NCBI GenBank assembly: GCA_951406725.2
Contig: OX597817.1
Coordinates: 138,322,001 to 138,386,000 of the forward strand
Length of the DNA stretch: 64,000 nucleotides
From: Octopus vulgaris
Taxonomy: Eukaryota
Reading direction: 5' to 3'
A program made the translations under genes and the position numbers. How positions within the stretch are numbered: the stretch's first letter is position 1; each line of letters begins with the position of its first letter. Below, piece after piece: positions 26,351 through 39,708 of the stretch. Under the pieces are notes generated by a model. The model was not told the origin of the DNA and made no database searches. It saw nothing but the letters and a program-made list of their open reading frames with translations.

Positions 26351-26850
26351 CTGTGAAAATAAAAAAAAGACAATGATAATAGCCATGTCGATATTCATCT
26401 TCTATTTGAATTTGGAAAGTAAAGAACTTCAATTTATGTGTGTTTTCCATTCTGCCTTGTGTGAAGCAGATCATGACAGTCTTGAGTAAGTCTTTTGGGG
26501 ACTCAGTTTTTGTACCCCCACTGGAACAATCATATCCTGTTATATTTTTGGTTTAGTTTCTTTGATTCAGTACCCTAACCCCTACCAGTTTTCACAATAT
26601 GTTATATTTCCCCGTGGCAGCAACACCAGAGAAGATGTCACGTCCTTGATAAGACGAGACTAAATGTTCCTCTTGCCCTTCTCCTTTGTTTACTTATCAA
26701 CTACCTCACAGACTGTACAGGGCATGTTTTCATTGTGACACCTGATCAAAACTAATGACGAGATGGAGGAATCAATGCTAGTCACAGTCCAACATCTTTC
26801 TGTGTGTGTAAAGACTGTTTTCCATAGAAAATGCCAAATAGGTCTTTCTA

Positions 26851-27028
26851 TAGCATCATCACTGTTTAACGTCAGCTTTCCATGCTAGCATGGGTTGGAC
26901 ATATGACTGAGGGCTGGCGAACCAGATGGCTGCACCAGGCTTCAATCTTGATCTGGCAGAAGCCTGGTGCAGTCATACGTCCAACCCATGCTAGCATGGA
27001 AAGCGGACGTTAAATGATGATGATGCTG
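26851..27028. repeat. Inverted pair of SINE/RTE 3' tails forming a fold-back
   Basis: TTTAACGTCAGCTTTCCATGCTAGCATGGGTTGGAC and its reverse complement GTCCAACCCATGCTAGCATGGAAAGCGGACGTTAAA lie about 80 bp apart. Confidence 0.8.
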
Positions 27029-30000
27029 TAGTTATTTCGTTGTTCTTGAGTAATTTCTTTGGAATCTCTTTGATCTATCTTGTTATCTCAGGTAGCTTCA
27101 TTTTCAATTAAATTGTGTTTCATTTCAACGTATAATCACACATCAATAATGTTAATATTACTTAAAATAAATTTATCAACTAATCTGCTAATTTCAAATC
27201 TTTCTTGAGCATTATAAACTTACGCTAGATAATTTCTGTCTTATCTATTTAAAACCAATGAAAACTAATCCCCTGCCCCCATCCCCATTAATAACATTTA
27301 ATCAATACAGCAATATTCTTGGGTCTGTTTCAAACAATTTCCGCACTCTTTAGTTATTCCTGCTCTTAAAACTTAGGTGGTGCCAGCTGTTGTTAAGGCT
27401 CAACATTAAAACCAACTTTTCCTTAGATGTTAGGGTTTTTCTGGTGATTTCAGAGTCAGCATCCATGGTTATCTTAGTAAGTATTTACTTATCTCTTCTT
27501 TAGCTTTCAATTTAGAAGCTGTGGTTGCTGTTGATATGAGTCAGTAAAGATAGGAATTGTTTTTTTTTTTTTTTTTTCCTTTCAGATTAGTGGGGATTAT
27601 CACTTTAAAGGTTTCTCATACACCTAGCATTGATAAAAGTAAATATTTCTATGATCAGTCATACAACTGGAGTTTCTCCTCATCATTACCATCATCTATA
27701 TTTAGTAAATGTAATTAATAGAGGGTTTATATAATTATTGTATGAGAAGGGTTTTAGTTGGCAGATTTAGTTTGAATTTTTTTTCAAAAGTTTTGATTGT
27801 TTCATTATCATTGTTCAACTTTTCCATGCTTGAATGGGTTCCATGAGAGTATGTTGGGCAGAGTTTTTCTCTGGCCACTTGCTTCCATTTGAGGTAGCAA
27901 TCTCTCAGTCTATTGAATAACTAACATCCTAGACTTGCTTTATATGGCAGAACTGTAAACAATACTATTTTAGGGGGTTTAAATAAAGATCATACAATTG
28001 GGCCAAGACATGTCGGTAAGCTTAGATATTGTTTTATGGTGGCATTGACAGAAAGCTGTTTTCAAACTGGTGAACATGAGAGAAACACAAACATGCACAT
28101 ACATTATATATGAAAAGCTGCTTCTGTTTCCATCTATCAAATCAACTCAGAGGATTCTAACTGGCTCATGTCTACAGTAGAAGATATTTGCCCAAAGTTC
28201 CGTGCAATGGGACTGAACCTTGATATCACAAGGTTCAGAAGTTAACTTTCCAGCCACATAACTATGTTGGCTAAATAGAAATTAGCCAACTCCACACTCC
28301 AGTGAATTCCTGCAGTTATCGCAGAGAACTGCCATTCTTTTCCCTTTTGTCTTGCAGCTTCTATTCCTTATTTATCCCTTTCTAGTCTTGAAATCTTTAT
28401 ATTATTACAACCCAACCCTTTTTAAGTGTTCTCATTACACTCATGCCCTCATCTGCAACAGCACATTTGGCCCCAAAGCTGAATTCCATCTCACTGAACA
28501 TTTGGATTATATTTCTGTACAAGAATTCTCTTGTTTGTGTGTGAGAACCTGTTATTTAGATGAGTGTTTGTGCAACCACCACCTCCACGATTTTTTTTTT
28601 TTTTTAACAGCAGTTAGCCATTTTAATTCAGTCACCCATCCTTTCACCATTGTGGGTGAGAGAGACATAGAGAAGATGCAGTGAAAAACTTAAGATGTAA
28701 TTTGACAACCCCTGAAGGATGAAAAGCTCACATGCATACAGTTGTAGCATTGCATAGAAAATGCTGTGTTATTTGTTTCAATGCTCCATGCTCTTGGTCG
28801 AAATCTTGCTGAGACCAATTCTACCTTTCACCATTTTAGTTAGTAAACTAAAGTGTCAGAAATCATCTTTAATCAGACCAGGAAAATGAGGGCCTCTGCT
28901 ACGCATATTACAATGGCATCTTCTATAATTCCTACATCAGGGGTTGATGGTGTAAATCTGGCATGGCCAGCCTTTCTCAAGAAGCAAGCCACATGAGACA
29001 TGGCTCACTATCAGACAGGCTGCATTTATAAAAATATTGGAGTAATTTTTACATTTGGGTCTGCCATTAAGCAAGCCCCACAGATTGTCCATGATTGGTG
29101 TGTTAAACATTCACATGTATTTACATTCATTCCCTTTCTCTCTCGTTCATACACACAAAAAATTTCAGTGGCATGCAAGCCTAAAAAAATATTGCTTTTA
29201 AATCACAAATCTGACTTTATCTTTTTATATGATTGACAGCTGGAAATGTGTTATATACATGTGTGTGTGTTGATACTCCAATATTATTCTCTGGTTTAAG
29301 TAACACCTGTGTTTATATGCCTCCTTTCCTGTATATACACATATTCCCAACTTTTGTTCCCTTCTGGCTCTCTAATTCCTTCCTCTCTACTACCACTTTC
29401 TCCTTACAATTCTACCTTTTTATAAAGTTTAATTTTATTTCACCATCATAAGTGTAATGAAGATAGCTTTCTATAAATTCAGTTTTGTGTCATTTGATTA
29501 CAGTAAAAGTTTTATATTTTGCTTTGGGGCCCAACTTAATAATACCAACACCTGTGATTGCCACCATAAATACCAAATATTCTAGTATTGCTTCTGGCAT
29601 TGCTTTAATTCTTGTATCAGTTCGCTTCTTCCATGCATCTTCTCTCTCTCTCTCTTTAAATTTACATTTTTGTGCCCTTTTACACACATTTTTCTCTCTG
29701 AAGACCAGATTTCTTCTTCCTTACAAAAATAAACTATATTCCACTGTTTGATCTATTAATATTATTTTTTGCTGCCATCAACCCAATATTAAATAATGTC
29801 CGCAATATTCTTCTAAATACGAATGTTGGTTAACACCTTTTAATTACCAGTTATCACCAACAATTAATGATGACTGTTTATAATTCCATCTGTTCATCAA
29901 TAAAGTCAGCAAAGAGACTGAATCAATCATTGCATTTTAATAAAAACAATTTCAAGCATCAAAATTTACCCCCCACATTAAGTTTTGGTTCTTAGTCATA

Positions 30001-31438
30001 TAAAAAGTGTCATTGTCAAGGCTTAGATGTTAGTAAACCAGAGTTGAGTGTACGTTTTCACTTGCTCTTATTATTATTATTATTATTATTATTAATCTTG
30101 GCTAAGGCAGCAAGCTGGGCAATTTCATGTTGTTTACATTTCTGAGTTTGATGCAAAATGCCACCAAGGTCCACTTTGCCCTTAAATCTTTTCAGATCGA
30201 TGTAATCAACTTGCCCTTCCTCCTCCTAAATTGCTGGCCTTGTGCCAAAATTTGAAACCGTTTGTATTGATTGTGGTTAAATTTTTGCATAAATTTTAGA
30301 ATATGTTTTTAAATAATGAGAAACAAATCAACTGTGAAAGGACGAAAGGCAAAGTTGACTTCAGGTGGAATTTGAACTCAGAACGTAAAGATGGATTAAA
30401 GTGCTGCCAAGCATTTTGCCTGGCATTCTAACAATTCTGCCCACTTGCTACTTCAATGATGATGATGATAATAATAATAATAATATTAATAATAATAATG
30501 GATTGATTTAATGGGAAGCATCAGTTTTGGCCTGCTTATTATTTTACCGTCTCATTCGTTTGTGAGGAACATGCAAGTAATTTAGGATCACTGTTGTGTG
30601 TGTGTATTTAAGTATATGTCTTTCTCTCTGTTTCATATAAGATAGACAAGTTGGGACTGCATGTTTTACCTTCAGAGGCAATGAAAGACTAAATTTAAAA
30701 TCCCAGTCAAATAAATATTGATGAGTTTTATTCCTCTAACTGTCATGCTTCCACCATCGCTAAGTGTTTCACTGTTTTCAGTAAGTTGATACACACATAC
30801 ATGCATGTGCACAAGTGCGCACACATACACACTTAGATTTGGTAACAATTTGTGAACAAGAATAGTCATTAATAATTTAATAGCCTATCAAAGCTATTAA
30901 CCCATTAGCGTTCAGAATAATTTGTCAAAAGTAATCCTTATTTATTCACATTGAAAAAAATTTATCTGATATGATTTTGTAGCTTCAAAATAGGAAAGAT
31001 GTAATTGCTTATTTTTAGAATGACATTGCAGGGTAGGTGTGAGATGCTGGTTCTGGCCAGTTTGAGCATAAAATGTGTAGAATATTTGGGTCCAATCGGT
31101 TTAAACACTAAAACGTTAATGTAACTCCAGTTTAAATTCTTTATTTTTTCCAAATGAATTGAGGCAAAAGCAATGCTTTTCAACAGAAAAATGCTATCAA
31201 AAGAGTTTCGGTAAAAGTTGAGTGAAACATTGAGATCTGCAGAGGAGTCGAATCTAGAAGTTTGGAGTAGAATACCAAGTACAAAGTCTGGTTTTAATGA
31301 AGCACAACGATATAGAAATTGCTGGGACTGGCTTTTGTAGCATTGTTAAAAAGTTAGGCTTCTGTATGTTTGAGCACTGTAAAATAAAATAAATTGTGAC
31401 CAAATTTTGTTAAAGAATATTAAAAACTGAAGACTTAC

Positions 31439-31604
31439 CTGTGGTGCCTGCAATGATGATAATTCCTATAAGAGTAACTGAGATATAAGTAAGAACCAAT
31501 TCTGTTTCACTGGGAAGCAAGGAACTGGTAGCACTGGACAGATTTTGTTTCTCAATGTCTTTCGTGTCCGGCTGAATGTGTGTGAGTGGATCATCTCGTG
31601 CCAT
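31439..31604 (-). CDS. Class A GPCR coding exon 1 (N-terminus and TM1); spliced product 377 aa
   Basis: AACATGG start (MARDD...), NLS glycosylation sequon, hydrophobic TM1 and donor AG|GTAAGT. 166+204+764 = 1134 nt in frame. Confidence 0.85.
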
Positions 31605-32208
31605 GTTAGTCTTCACTTTGGCACAGTAACATTGTTCTAGTCTTTTACAATCAATGACTTCCTTGTATCTGAAGCACACCCACCGTTGTTGCTTCTTCTT
31701 GTAGACTTAGCAGATTATTCCATTTGGTTGCTGTAGGGGGTGGTAGGAGTTATCCCACGCACTTGGCTGCTGACAAAACTGATAGACCAGCCTATTCCAT
31801 TATGGTTCCTTTCTTCCTTTTTGGTTTTTCTCTCTTAGAAGAACTGCTGCTTCTCTACAAGGTGGTAAATTAGATGCTTCTGTTTGGATTTTGAGGCTGG
31901 TAAAATATTTTAAAGAAATAAAACTGGTGAGGCTGATTTTCAACCATAATCTTAGAATACAAAAAAAAAAAAAAGCTACATTATTATTATACTGGGCACC
32001 TAATTATTGAAAACCTCATTAATATTATTGTATCTTTCTCATTAGGGTTCTATTAACATTCTCGCATTATTTGTCTGCTACATATAGCAGCATTGGTGAG
32101 AACCTATTTCATTGCTATCTTTCATCAGTTGGGGTGGGGTGGGCTGATGGCAGTTGCTTTTTCTCTCAAAAGTAATGAAATATTTCACCAGAACAGGTTC
32201 CACACATT

Positions 32209-32436
32209 TTAACCCTTTCGTTACTGTATTTATTTTGAGATGCTCTGTGTTTCTTTCAGTTACTTTAAATATAACAAAGAATTTAGCAAAATAACTTAGT
32301 TATCATTAAGCTAGTGATAGGAACATAAATTGTGACTAAGGTTTGGCTGAAGATTTTAATTCAAAACTTATGAAAACAAAACATTTGTACTTGGAGCTAG
32401 AGCCGGTTTCAGCCGGGTTGGTAACGAAAGGGTTAA
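32209..32436. mobile_element. piggyBac-like MITE
   Basis: TTAA|CCCTTTCGTTAC ... GTAACGAAAGGG|TTAA: perfect 12-bp TIR with TTAA TSD. Confidence 0.8.
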
Positions 32437-32929
32437 AATAACAATGATAGCAATTTTAAAAAACTATTTTTATCTTGGATAGTATCTGAAGAGAAATATT
32501 TAAATAAACTCCTGTTGAAATTAATAATAGTAATAATGATGATGATGATGATAATGAAGAGTTAATGAATTAGTTATAACTAGAAATGGTTTTCTTTTGG
32601 GCTTCTGATTTTTCATGTGTAGGTTGAAGTGGAGTTGGTTCCCTCCTGCCTCTCTCCCCTGATTTGGATTAGTAGTAATCCAAATCTATATTTATTGTGA
32701 CTACTTGAACCTCTACTGGTGCTTATTTTCAGTTTCCTCAACCGAGCCAAAAAGGGTATTTAACTTTGTGTATAAAGGAGGGAACTTAGCTAGCTAGCAG
32801 CAGCAGGGTTCTATCGTTTGCCCTATGGCTCACACATATTCGAAATATATGTTTAATAAACTATGTATTTATGGTGTTTATTCAGGCTGTTTTCATAACT
32901 TTTTATTTCCAGACTTCTAGTTCCACAAC

Positions 32930-32966
32930 ATGGCCAAGTCAAAGAATCATACAAATCATAATCAAA
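32930..32966 (+). CDS. RPL29: 60S ribosomal protein L29 (eL29), first coding exon
   Basis: Encodes MAKSKNHTNHNQ plus 1 nt, the diagnostic eL29 N-terminus. Acceptor TTTTATTTCCAG at 32912 and donor GTGAGT at 32967. Confidence 0.95.
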
Positions 32967-33506
32967 GTGAGTTTCGTTTTATTTATTTCTTTCTATGTTA
33001 ATCGTTGTTTTGTTTTTTCTACTGTTGTTTAGAATTTGACTTGTATTTTCTCTGTGTCTGTCTCCCCCAATGTTGGGTCTGGATGAGTTCATTTCGTCTG
33101 ACCCAAGCAAGTAGGGGTCAGATAGAATTTCTTGGAGCAGATTTTGTGCAGCCAGTTGCCCTTCTTGTCACCAATTCTCACCAGTTCCCCAAGTATGGTA
33201 ACATTCCTCATGGCTCAGGCATGTTTTTCATGGAACTCCGAAAACAAAAAACACAGCTTGTGTGATGATGATGATGATGATGAGCATTTACAACCATCAT
33301 ATGATGTCTAGACTAGGGTACACATACACACACATCCACCAAATCCTCTCACAAGTCTTTGGTAGCAGATGCTTGCCCAAGTGACATGCTGAGGGACAGA
33401 GTCCCAAACCCACATGGATATACAGTTTGGGTACAAGTTTCTCAACCATACCTTCATCTTTAGTTGTTTAAACATTTGGTTTGCTCTTAATTTCCCACTT
33501 TTGCCT

Positions 33507-33645
33507 ATCTCCAGCCACGGAGGGTAGCCTCTCTAATGGCTACACCTCTGCCAGTAACATTTACCGGAGATGACATCAAATCCTGGATAGGAAGCATTTC
33601 AGTCATACATTGACTGTGGTGTGCCGTTTAACCCCAGGGACACTA
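33507..33645 (+). ncRNA. Box H/ACA snoRNA, SNORA65/snR34-like, copy 1 of 15
   Basis: Hairpin (ATCTCC/GGAGAT; GTAGCC/GGCTAC), ANANNA hinge, hairpin (TCCTGG/CCAGGG; CAGTCA/TGACTG), then ACA. Guides GCCAC+GCCAGT and GATAGGAA+GCCG. Confidence 0.88.
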
Positions 33646-34200
33646 GCAATGACTTCCAGCTAAATCCTATAATTTTAGTTAGTGCAATAAATTTAGATTT
33701 GATTTTAATAGGCTTTAAAAAGACTATTTTAGGGATCAACAAATTTGAGCAGGGCTTTAGGGGTACATTCCGGGGAACTGTTCCCCTTTTCCCCCTATTT
33801 ATACATAGTTTACACCACTTTTTAAAGCAAATATTACAATGCTTGGGTTGTTTTGTAAATAATTGATTCCTGTATTTTCGATTTAGTATCCTTCGTTTAA
33901 AATTAAGACTTACAACCAAAACCATTGCTGCTATGGTCATCTCTCATAATTCAGACAAGATAATGTAGTTCTAGATATGCTATCCTTCAGTTTAGTATGA
34001 TTTGAATGAGTTTTGGGTGTTATTTCTAGCATGTTGGTCTGATTTAGTATTAGTGAATGTTTATTTGGTTTACAAGATTTCATCTTTGGAAAGTTCCAGT
34101 TGAATACTGGGGTTGATGTAATTGATTCACCTCCTCCAAGACTGCTGCCCTTCTTACAGAATTTGAAACCATTGTTATTTTGATTCATTTTTATTGCAAC

Positions 34201-34339
34201 ATCTCCAGCCACGGAGGGTAGCCTCTCCAATGGCTACATCTCTGCCAGTAACATTTATCGGAGATGACATCAAATCCTGGATAGGAAGCATTTCAGTCAC
34301 ACATTGACTGTGGTGTGCCGTTTAACCCCAGGGACAGTT
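34201..34339 (+). ncRNA. Box H/ACA snoRNA, SNORA65/snR34-like, copy 2
   Basis: Same core. Guides at 34208-34212, 34244-34249, 34280-34287 and 34317-34320. ACA at 34334-34336. Confidence 0.88.
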
Positions 34340-35409
34340 TATCATTTTGTCTTTGGAAATTGTTTCATGGAAATGGTTCTGTGCTGAAGAAGTCCATTCC
34401 TTCGAGATAGTTTTTAGATGAGGTAACTCTTGTATAGACTTGTGTTGACGAATGGCTTGTAAGTGGAAATGCAACTGTTGTGGAGGTTCATCTGTGTGTG
34501 TTTAAACTCTGGTATCCTTGGTAACTCGTAATTTTTGCAGTTAAATAAATAGATCAGTAAAATAAGTCCTCAAAGCAGTATTATTGATGAAATCCCTCAA
34601 AGATAGACTCCTTGCATGATCACAGATCTCATGCATTTTGTCCTTTTAGGATGTGTTGTGGTCTTGTGTGTCAACAGCTTCATTTGAGCCTGGTCGTATG
34701 TAATATCTAGTGTGGGTTGGCAGGTGGAGGGTAGTGAGGTTTGGTAGCTTTTCACGGGATTACAATATTTAGTTAAACAACAAATTGATGTAGGTCATCG
34801 TCATTTAACATCCGCTTTCCGTGTTGGCAATGGTTGGATGGCTTGACTGAGGGCTGGCAAGCCAGAAGGCTGCACCAGGCTCCAATCTGATCTGGCAGTG
34901 TTTCTACAGCTGGATGCCCTTCCTAACACCAACCATCCTGAAAGTGCAGTGGGTACTTTTTACGTGCCATCGGCATGAGGACCAGTCAGGCGGTACTGGC
35001 ATCGATAGATGTTTATATTAACAGCAATGACCATTGTGTAATTACATTTATAAAATTCACATTTTAAATTAATTTTTACTTAGAATGGGGTACGTTAGCT
35101 GGGCTGCATAGAGATGTCAAATGCCTGTTTAATCCTTTAGCATCTCGAATTACTCTGTCAAATGTAATGCTTATTTATTCATTTTATTTTCAACTGATCA
35201 TATCTTGTAGCATTGATATTTCGGTGATGTGATTGTATACTCTCAAAATAGCATTGTAGGGTAGGTGGGAGATGTAGGATCTGGCCAGGTTGAACTTAAA
35301 ACAGAATAATTTGGCTGGATTAAATGCTAATGGGTTAAAGTTGGTCAAATCTCTTATAGTAACTTGCACTTGTCCATCCCATGTCTATTCCCGTCTATTT
35401 TATTGCAAC

Positions 35410-35550
35410 ATCTCCAGCCACGGAGGGTAGCCCCCTCTAATGGCTACATCTCTGCCAGTAACATTTATCGGAGATGACATCAAATCCTGGATAGGAAGCA
35501 TTTCAGTCACACATTGGACTGTGGTGTGCCGTTTAACCCCAGGGACACTA
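35410..35550 (+). ncRNA. Box H/ACA snoRNA, copy 3 (two 1-nt insertions)
   Basis: Same core with an extra C in loop 1 and an extra G in upper stem 2. ACA at 35545-35547. Confidence 0.82.
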
Positions 35551-36084
35551 GCGATGACTTTTAGCTAAATCCTATAATTTTAGTTAGTGCAATAAATTGA
35601 GAATTGATTTTAATAGGCTTTAAAAAGACTATTTTAGGGATCAACAAATTTGAGCAGGGCTTTATGGGTACATTCCAGGGAACTGTTTCCCCTTTCCCCC
35701 TATTTATACATAGTTTACACCACTTTTTAAAGCAAATATTACAATGCTTGGGTTGTTTTATAAATAATTGATTCCTGTATTTTCAATTCAGTATCCTTTG
35801 TTTAAAATTAAGACTTAAACCAAAACCATTGCTGCTATGGTCATCTCTTATAATTCAGACAAGATTATGTAGTTCTAGATACACTATCCTTGAGTTTTGG
35901 CTGTTATCTCTAGCATGTTGGTCTGTTTTAGTATTAGTGAGTGGTTATTTGGTTTACAAGATTTCATCTTTAGAAAGTACCAGTTGAATACTGGGGTTGA
36001 TGTAATTGATTCACCTCCTCCAAGACTGCTGCCCTTTTTACAGAATTTGAAACCATTGTTATTTTGATTCATTTTTATTGCAAC

Positions 36085-36223
36085 ATCTCCAGCCACGGAG
36101 GGTAGCCTCTCCAATGGCTACATCTCTGCCAGTAACATTTATCGGAGATGACATCAAATCCTGGATAGGAAGCATTTCAGTCACACATTGACTGTGGTGT
36201 GCCGTTTAACCCCAGGGACACTA
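36085..36223 (+). ncRNA. Box H/ACA snoRNA, copy 4
   Basis: Same core. ACA at 36218-36220. Confidence 0.88.
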
Positions 36224-36726
36224 GCGCTGACTTTCAGCTAAATCCTATAATTTTAGTTAGTGCAGTAAATTTTGAGATTTGATTTTAATAAGGCTTTAAA
36301 AAACCTTTAGTAGCAATATTCCAGTGAACTGTTTCCCGTTCCCCCCTATTTATACATACACCACTTTTTAAAGCAAATATTACAATACTTGGGTTGTTTT
36401 ATAAATAATTGATTCCTGGATTTTCAATTCAGTATCCTTTGTTTAAAATTAAGACTTACAACCAAAATCCTTGCAGCTATGGTCATCTCTTATAATTCAG
36501 ACAAGATTATGTAGTTCTAGATACACTATCCTTGAGTTTTGGCTGTTATCTCTAGCATGTTGGTCTGATTTAGTATTAGTGAGTGGTTATTTGGTTTACA
36601 AGATTTCATCTTTAGAAAGTACCAGTTGAATACTGGGGTTGATGTAATTGATTCACCTCCTCCAAGACTGCTGCCCTTCTTACAGAATTTGAAACCATTA
36701 TTATTTTGATTCATTTTTATTGCAAC

Positions 36727-36865
36727 ATCTCCAGCCACGGAGGGTAGCCTCTCTAATGGCTACATCTCTGCCAGTAACATTTACCGGAGATTACATCAAA
36801 TCCTGGATAGGAAGCATTTCAGTCACACATTGACTGTGGTGTGCCGTTTAACCCCAGGGACACTA
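36727..36865 (+). ncRNA. Box H/ACA snoRNA, copy 5
   Basis: Same core. Hinge variant AGATTACATCA still fits ANANNA. ACA at 36860-36862. Confidence 0.88.
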
Positions 36866-37368
36866 GCGCTGACTTTCAGCTAAATCCTATAATTTTAGTT
36901 AGTGCAGTAAATTTTGAGATTTGATTTTAATAAGGCTTTAAAAAACCTTTAGTAGCAATATTCCAGTGAACTGTTTCCCTTTCCCCCCTATTTATACATA
37001 CACCACTTTTTAAAGCAAATATTACAATACTTGGGTTGTTTTATAAATAATTGATTCCTGGATTTTCAATTCAGTATCCTTTGTTTAAAATTAAGACTTA
37101 CAACCAAAATCCTTGCAGCTATGGTCATCTCTTATAATTCAGACAAGATCATGTAGTTCTAGATACACTATCCTTGAGTTTTGGCTGTTATCTCTAGCAT
37201 GTTGGTCTGATTCAGTATTAGTGAGTGGTTATTTGGTTTACAAGATTTCATCTTTAGAAAGTACCAGTTGAATACTGGGGTTGATGTAATTGATTCACCT
37301 CCTCCAAGACTGCTGCCCTTCTTACAGAATTTGAAACCATTATTATTTTGATTCATTTTTATTGCAAC

Positions 37369-37508
37369 ATCTCCAGCCACGGAGGGTAGCCTCTCTAATG
37401 GCTACATCTCTGCCAGTAACATTTATCGGAGATGACATCAAATCCTGGATAGGAAGCATTTCAGTCACACATTGACTGTGGTGTGCCGTTTAACCCCCAG
37501 GGACACTA
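37369..37508 (+). ncRNA. Box H/ACA snoRNA, copy 6
   Basis: Same core with one extra C before AGGG. ACA at 37503-37505. Confidence 0.85.
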
Positions 37509-38012
37509 GCGCTGACTTTCAGCTAAATCCTATAATTTTAGTTAGTGCAGTAAATTTTGAGATTTGATTTTAATAAGGCTTTAAAAAAACCTTTAGTAGC
37601 AATATTCCAGTGAACTGTTTCCCTTTCCCCCCTATTTATACATACACCACTTTTTAAAGCAAATATTATAATACTTGGGTTGTTTTATAAATAATTGATT
37701 CCTGGATTTTCAATTCAGTATCCTTTGTTTAAAATTAAGACTTACAACCAAAATCCTTGCAGCTATGGTCATCTCTTATAATTCAGACAAGATTATGTAG
37801 TTCTAGATACACTATCCTTGAGTTTTGGCTGTTATTTCTAGCATGTTGGTCTGATTCAGTATTAGTGAGTGGTTATTTGGTTTACAAGATTTCATCTTTA
37901 GAAAGTACCAGTTGAATACTGGGGTCGATGTAATTGATTCACCTCCTCCAAGACTGCTGCCCTTCTTACAGAATTTGAAACCATTATTATTTTGATTAAT
38001 TTTTATTGCAAT

Positions 38013-38151
38013 ATCTCCAGCCACGGAGGGTAGCCTCTCTAATGGCTACATCTCTGCCAGTAACATTTACCGGAGATGACATCAAATCCTGGATAGGAAG
38101 CATTTCAGTCATACATTGACTGTGGTGTGCCGTTTAACCCCAGGGACACTA
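38013..38151 (+). ncRNA. Box H/ACA snoRNA, copy 7
   Basis: Same core. ACA at 38146-38148. Confidence 0.88.
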
Positions 38152-38717
38152 GCGCTGACTTTCAGCTAAATTTTATAATTCAGTTTGTGTAATAAATTGA
38201 AGTGGATGACTTGTTTTCAGTCCTGTTCCTTCGAATTGAGCTACCTGTCTGAGATCACACCTGGTTCTATGTTGGAAACTTTTGCATAAATTAACGTCTT
38301 CATAAAAAAAAAAGCCTTGTTAATTTGTTTCAAATATTGCCTTAATGAGTTAGGTAGTGTATTTCCTCTGAAAGATAGTTAAAAAAAAAGTATTAAAAAC
38401 TGGTCAGGGAAATAAAAAGAAGAAAAAAACTTAGAATAATTAGTCATTAAGATAATTGTATTTATGAGTTTCCCAGTGTTTTCCATTGTGGCTGTGACCA
38501 TTTTTTATTCCAGACCAGATTAATGTAATTTTAGATACCAACTTCAATTTAGTGTGAATGAACAACTACTGGCCTTAATCAGTAAAAATGTTTAGTTTAT
38601 GGAAATCTTTAATTAGAATGATCACAATTAGATTACAAATTCCTCTGTTTGTCAAATGTCCAATAGTAACTTCTTTGTCTTGTGTTCCATGTCTATTCCC
38701 ATCTGATTTACTGAAAG

Positions 38718-38856
38718 ATCTCCAGCCACGGAGGGTAGCCTCTCTAATGGCTACATCTCTGCCAGTAACATTTACAGGAGATGACATTAAATCCTGGATA
38801 GGAAGCATTTCAGTCATACATTGACTGTGGTGTGCCGTTTAACCCCAGGGACATAG
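38718..38856 (+). ncRNA. Box H/ACA snoRNA, copy 8
   Basis: Same core with hinge ACATTA. ACA at 38851-38853. Confidence 0.88.
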
Positions 38857-39569
38857 CTTGTAGATTCTCTAACTTTTCTCTGAATCATTTCAGAAGTAGT
38901 GAATAAATTATTTTAAAATATTCACTTTTCCTAATGACTTAAGTATTGTTAATGTGTGTTTCAGGTGCTGATGTCCTTCATAGGAATGTATTGTTGGCTT
39001 TTCAATCCAGTTACTTTGAACTGTTTATCATAACTCTTGCTAATTTCATAGGTCTACAAATAATAGTCTAGGTCCGAAATAACTTTTCTCTTGATTTTAG
39101 CCATTAATGTGTTCTTCTATGAATTGAATCAAAAGAAATTCTACAACTCTTGTAGGCTGCTGCTGATTAGCCCTTGTGGCTAATAAAAGAATTATTATTA
39201 TTATACTAACGTTAACTTGTTTCAGTCTTGATAAGGATGTGAGTTGCAAAGAGATGTCAATTTTTGTCTGTTTAATCCTTTTAGCATTTGACCTGGCCAA
39301 AACTTTCTGCCTGTTTCAGAATAACATTGTCGGGGTAGAAGTGAGAGTTCGGTAATATCTGGCCTCTCACACCTACCTTGCAATGTCATTCTAAAATCCT
39401 CAATCATATCATTCACATCTTAAAGCTACGAGATAATGCATGGTTAATTCCAAACAATACGAATAGATTGACATTACATTGGACTTGAATAATCTGAATG
39501 CTTAAGAGTGATGCTTTGTTAGGTGTCCTGTATAGTAACTTCTATTCTGCTGTCTTGTTTTATTGCAGC

Positions 39570-39708
39570 ATCTCCAGGCACGGAGGGTAGCCTCTCTAAT
39601 GGCTACATCTCTGCCAGTAACATTTACCGGAGATGACATCAAATCCTGGATAGGAAGCATTTCAGTCACACATTGACTGTGGTGTGCCGTTTAACCCCAG
39701 GGACACTA
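39570..39708 (+). ncRNA. Box H/ACA snoRNA, copy 9 (altered 5' guide)
   Basis: Same core but GCCAC changed to GGCAC. ACA at 39703-39705. Confidence 0.83.

Noticed and set aside
28968-29025. H/ACA-like hairpin CAGCCT...AGCCA...TGGCT...AGGCTG
   Set aside because: No ACA or H box at the expected position, no second copy and no recognisable target.
29866-29921. ATGATGA...CTGA pair resembling a C/D snoRNA
   Set aside because: Too short, with no terminal stem and no guide match.
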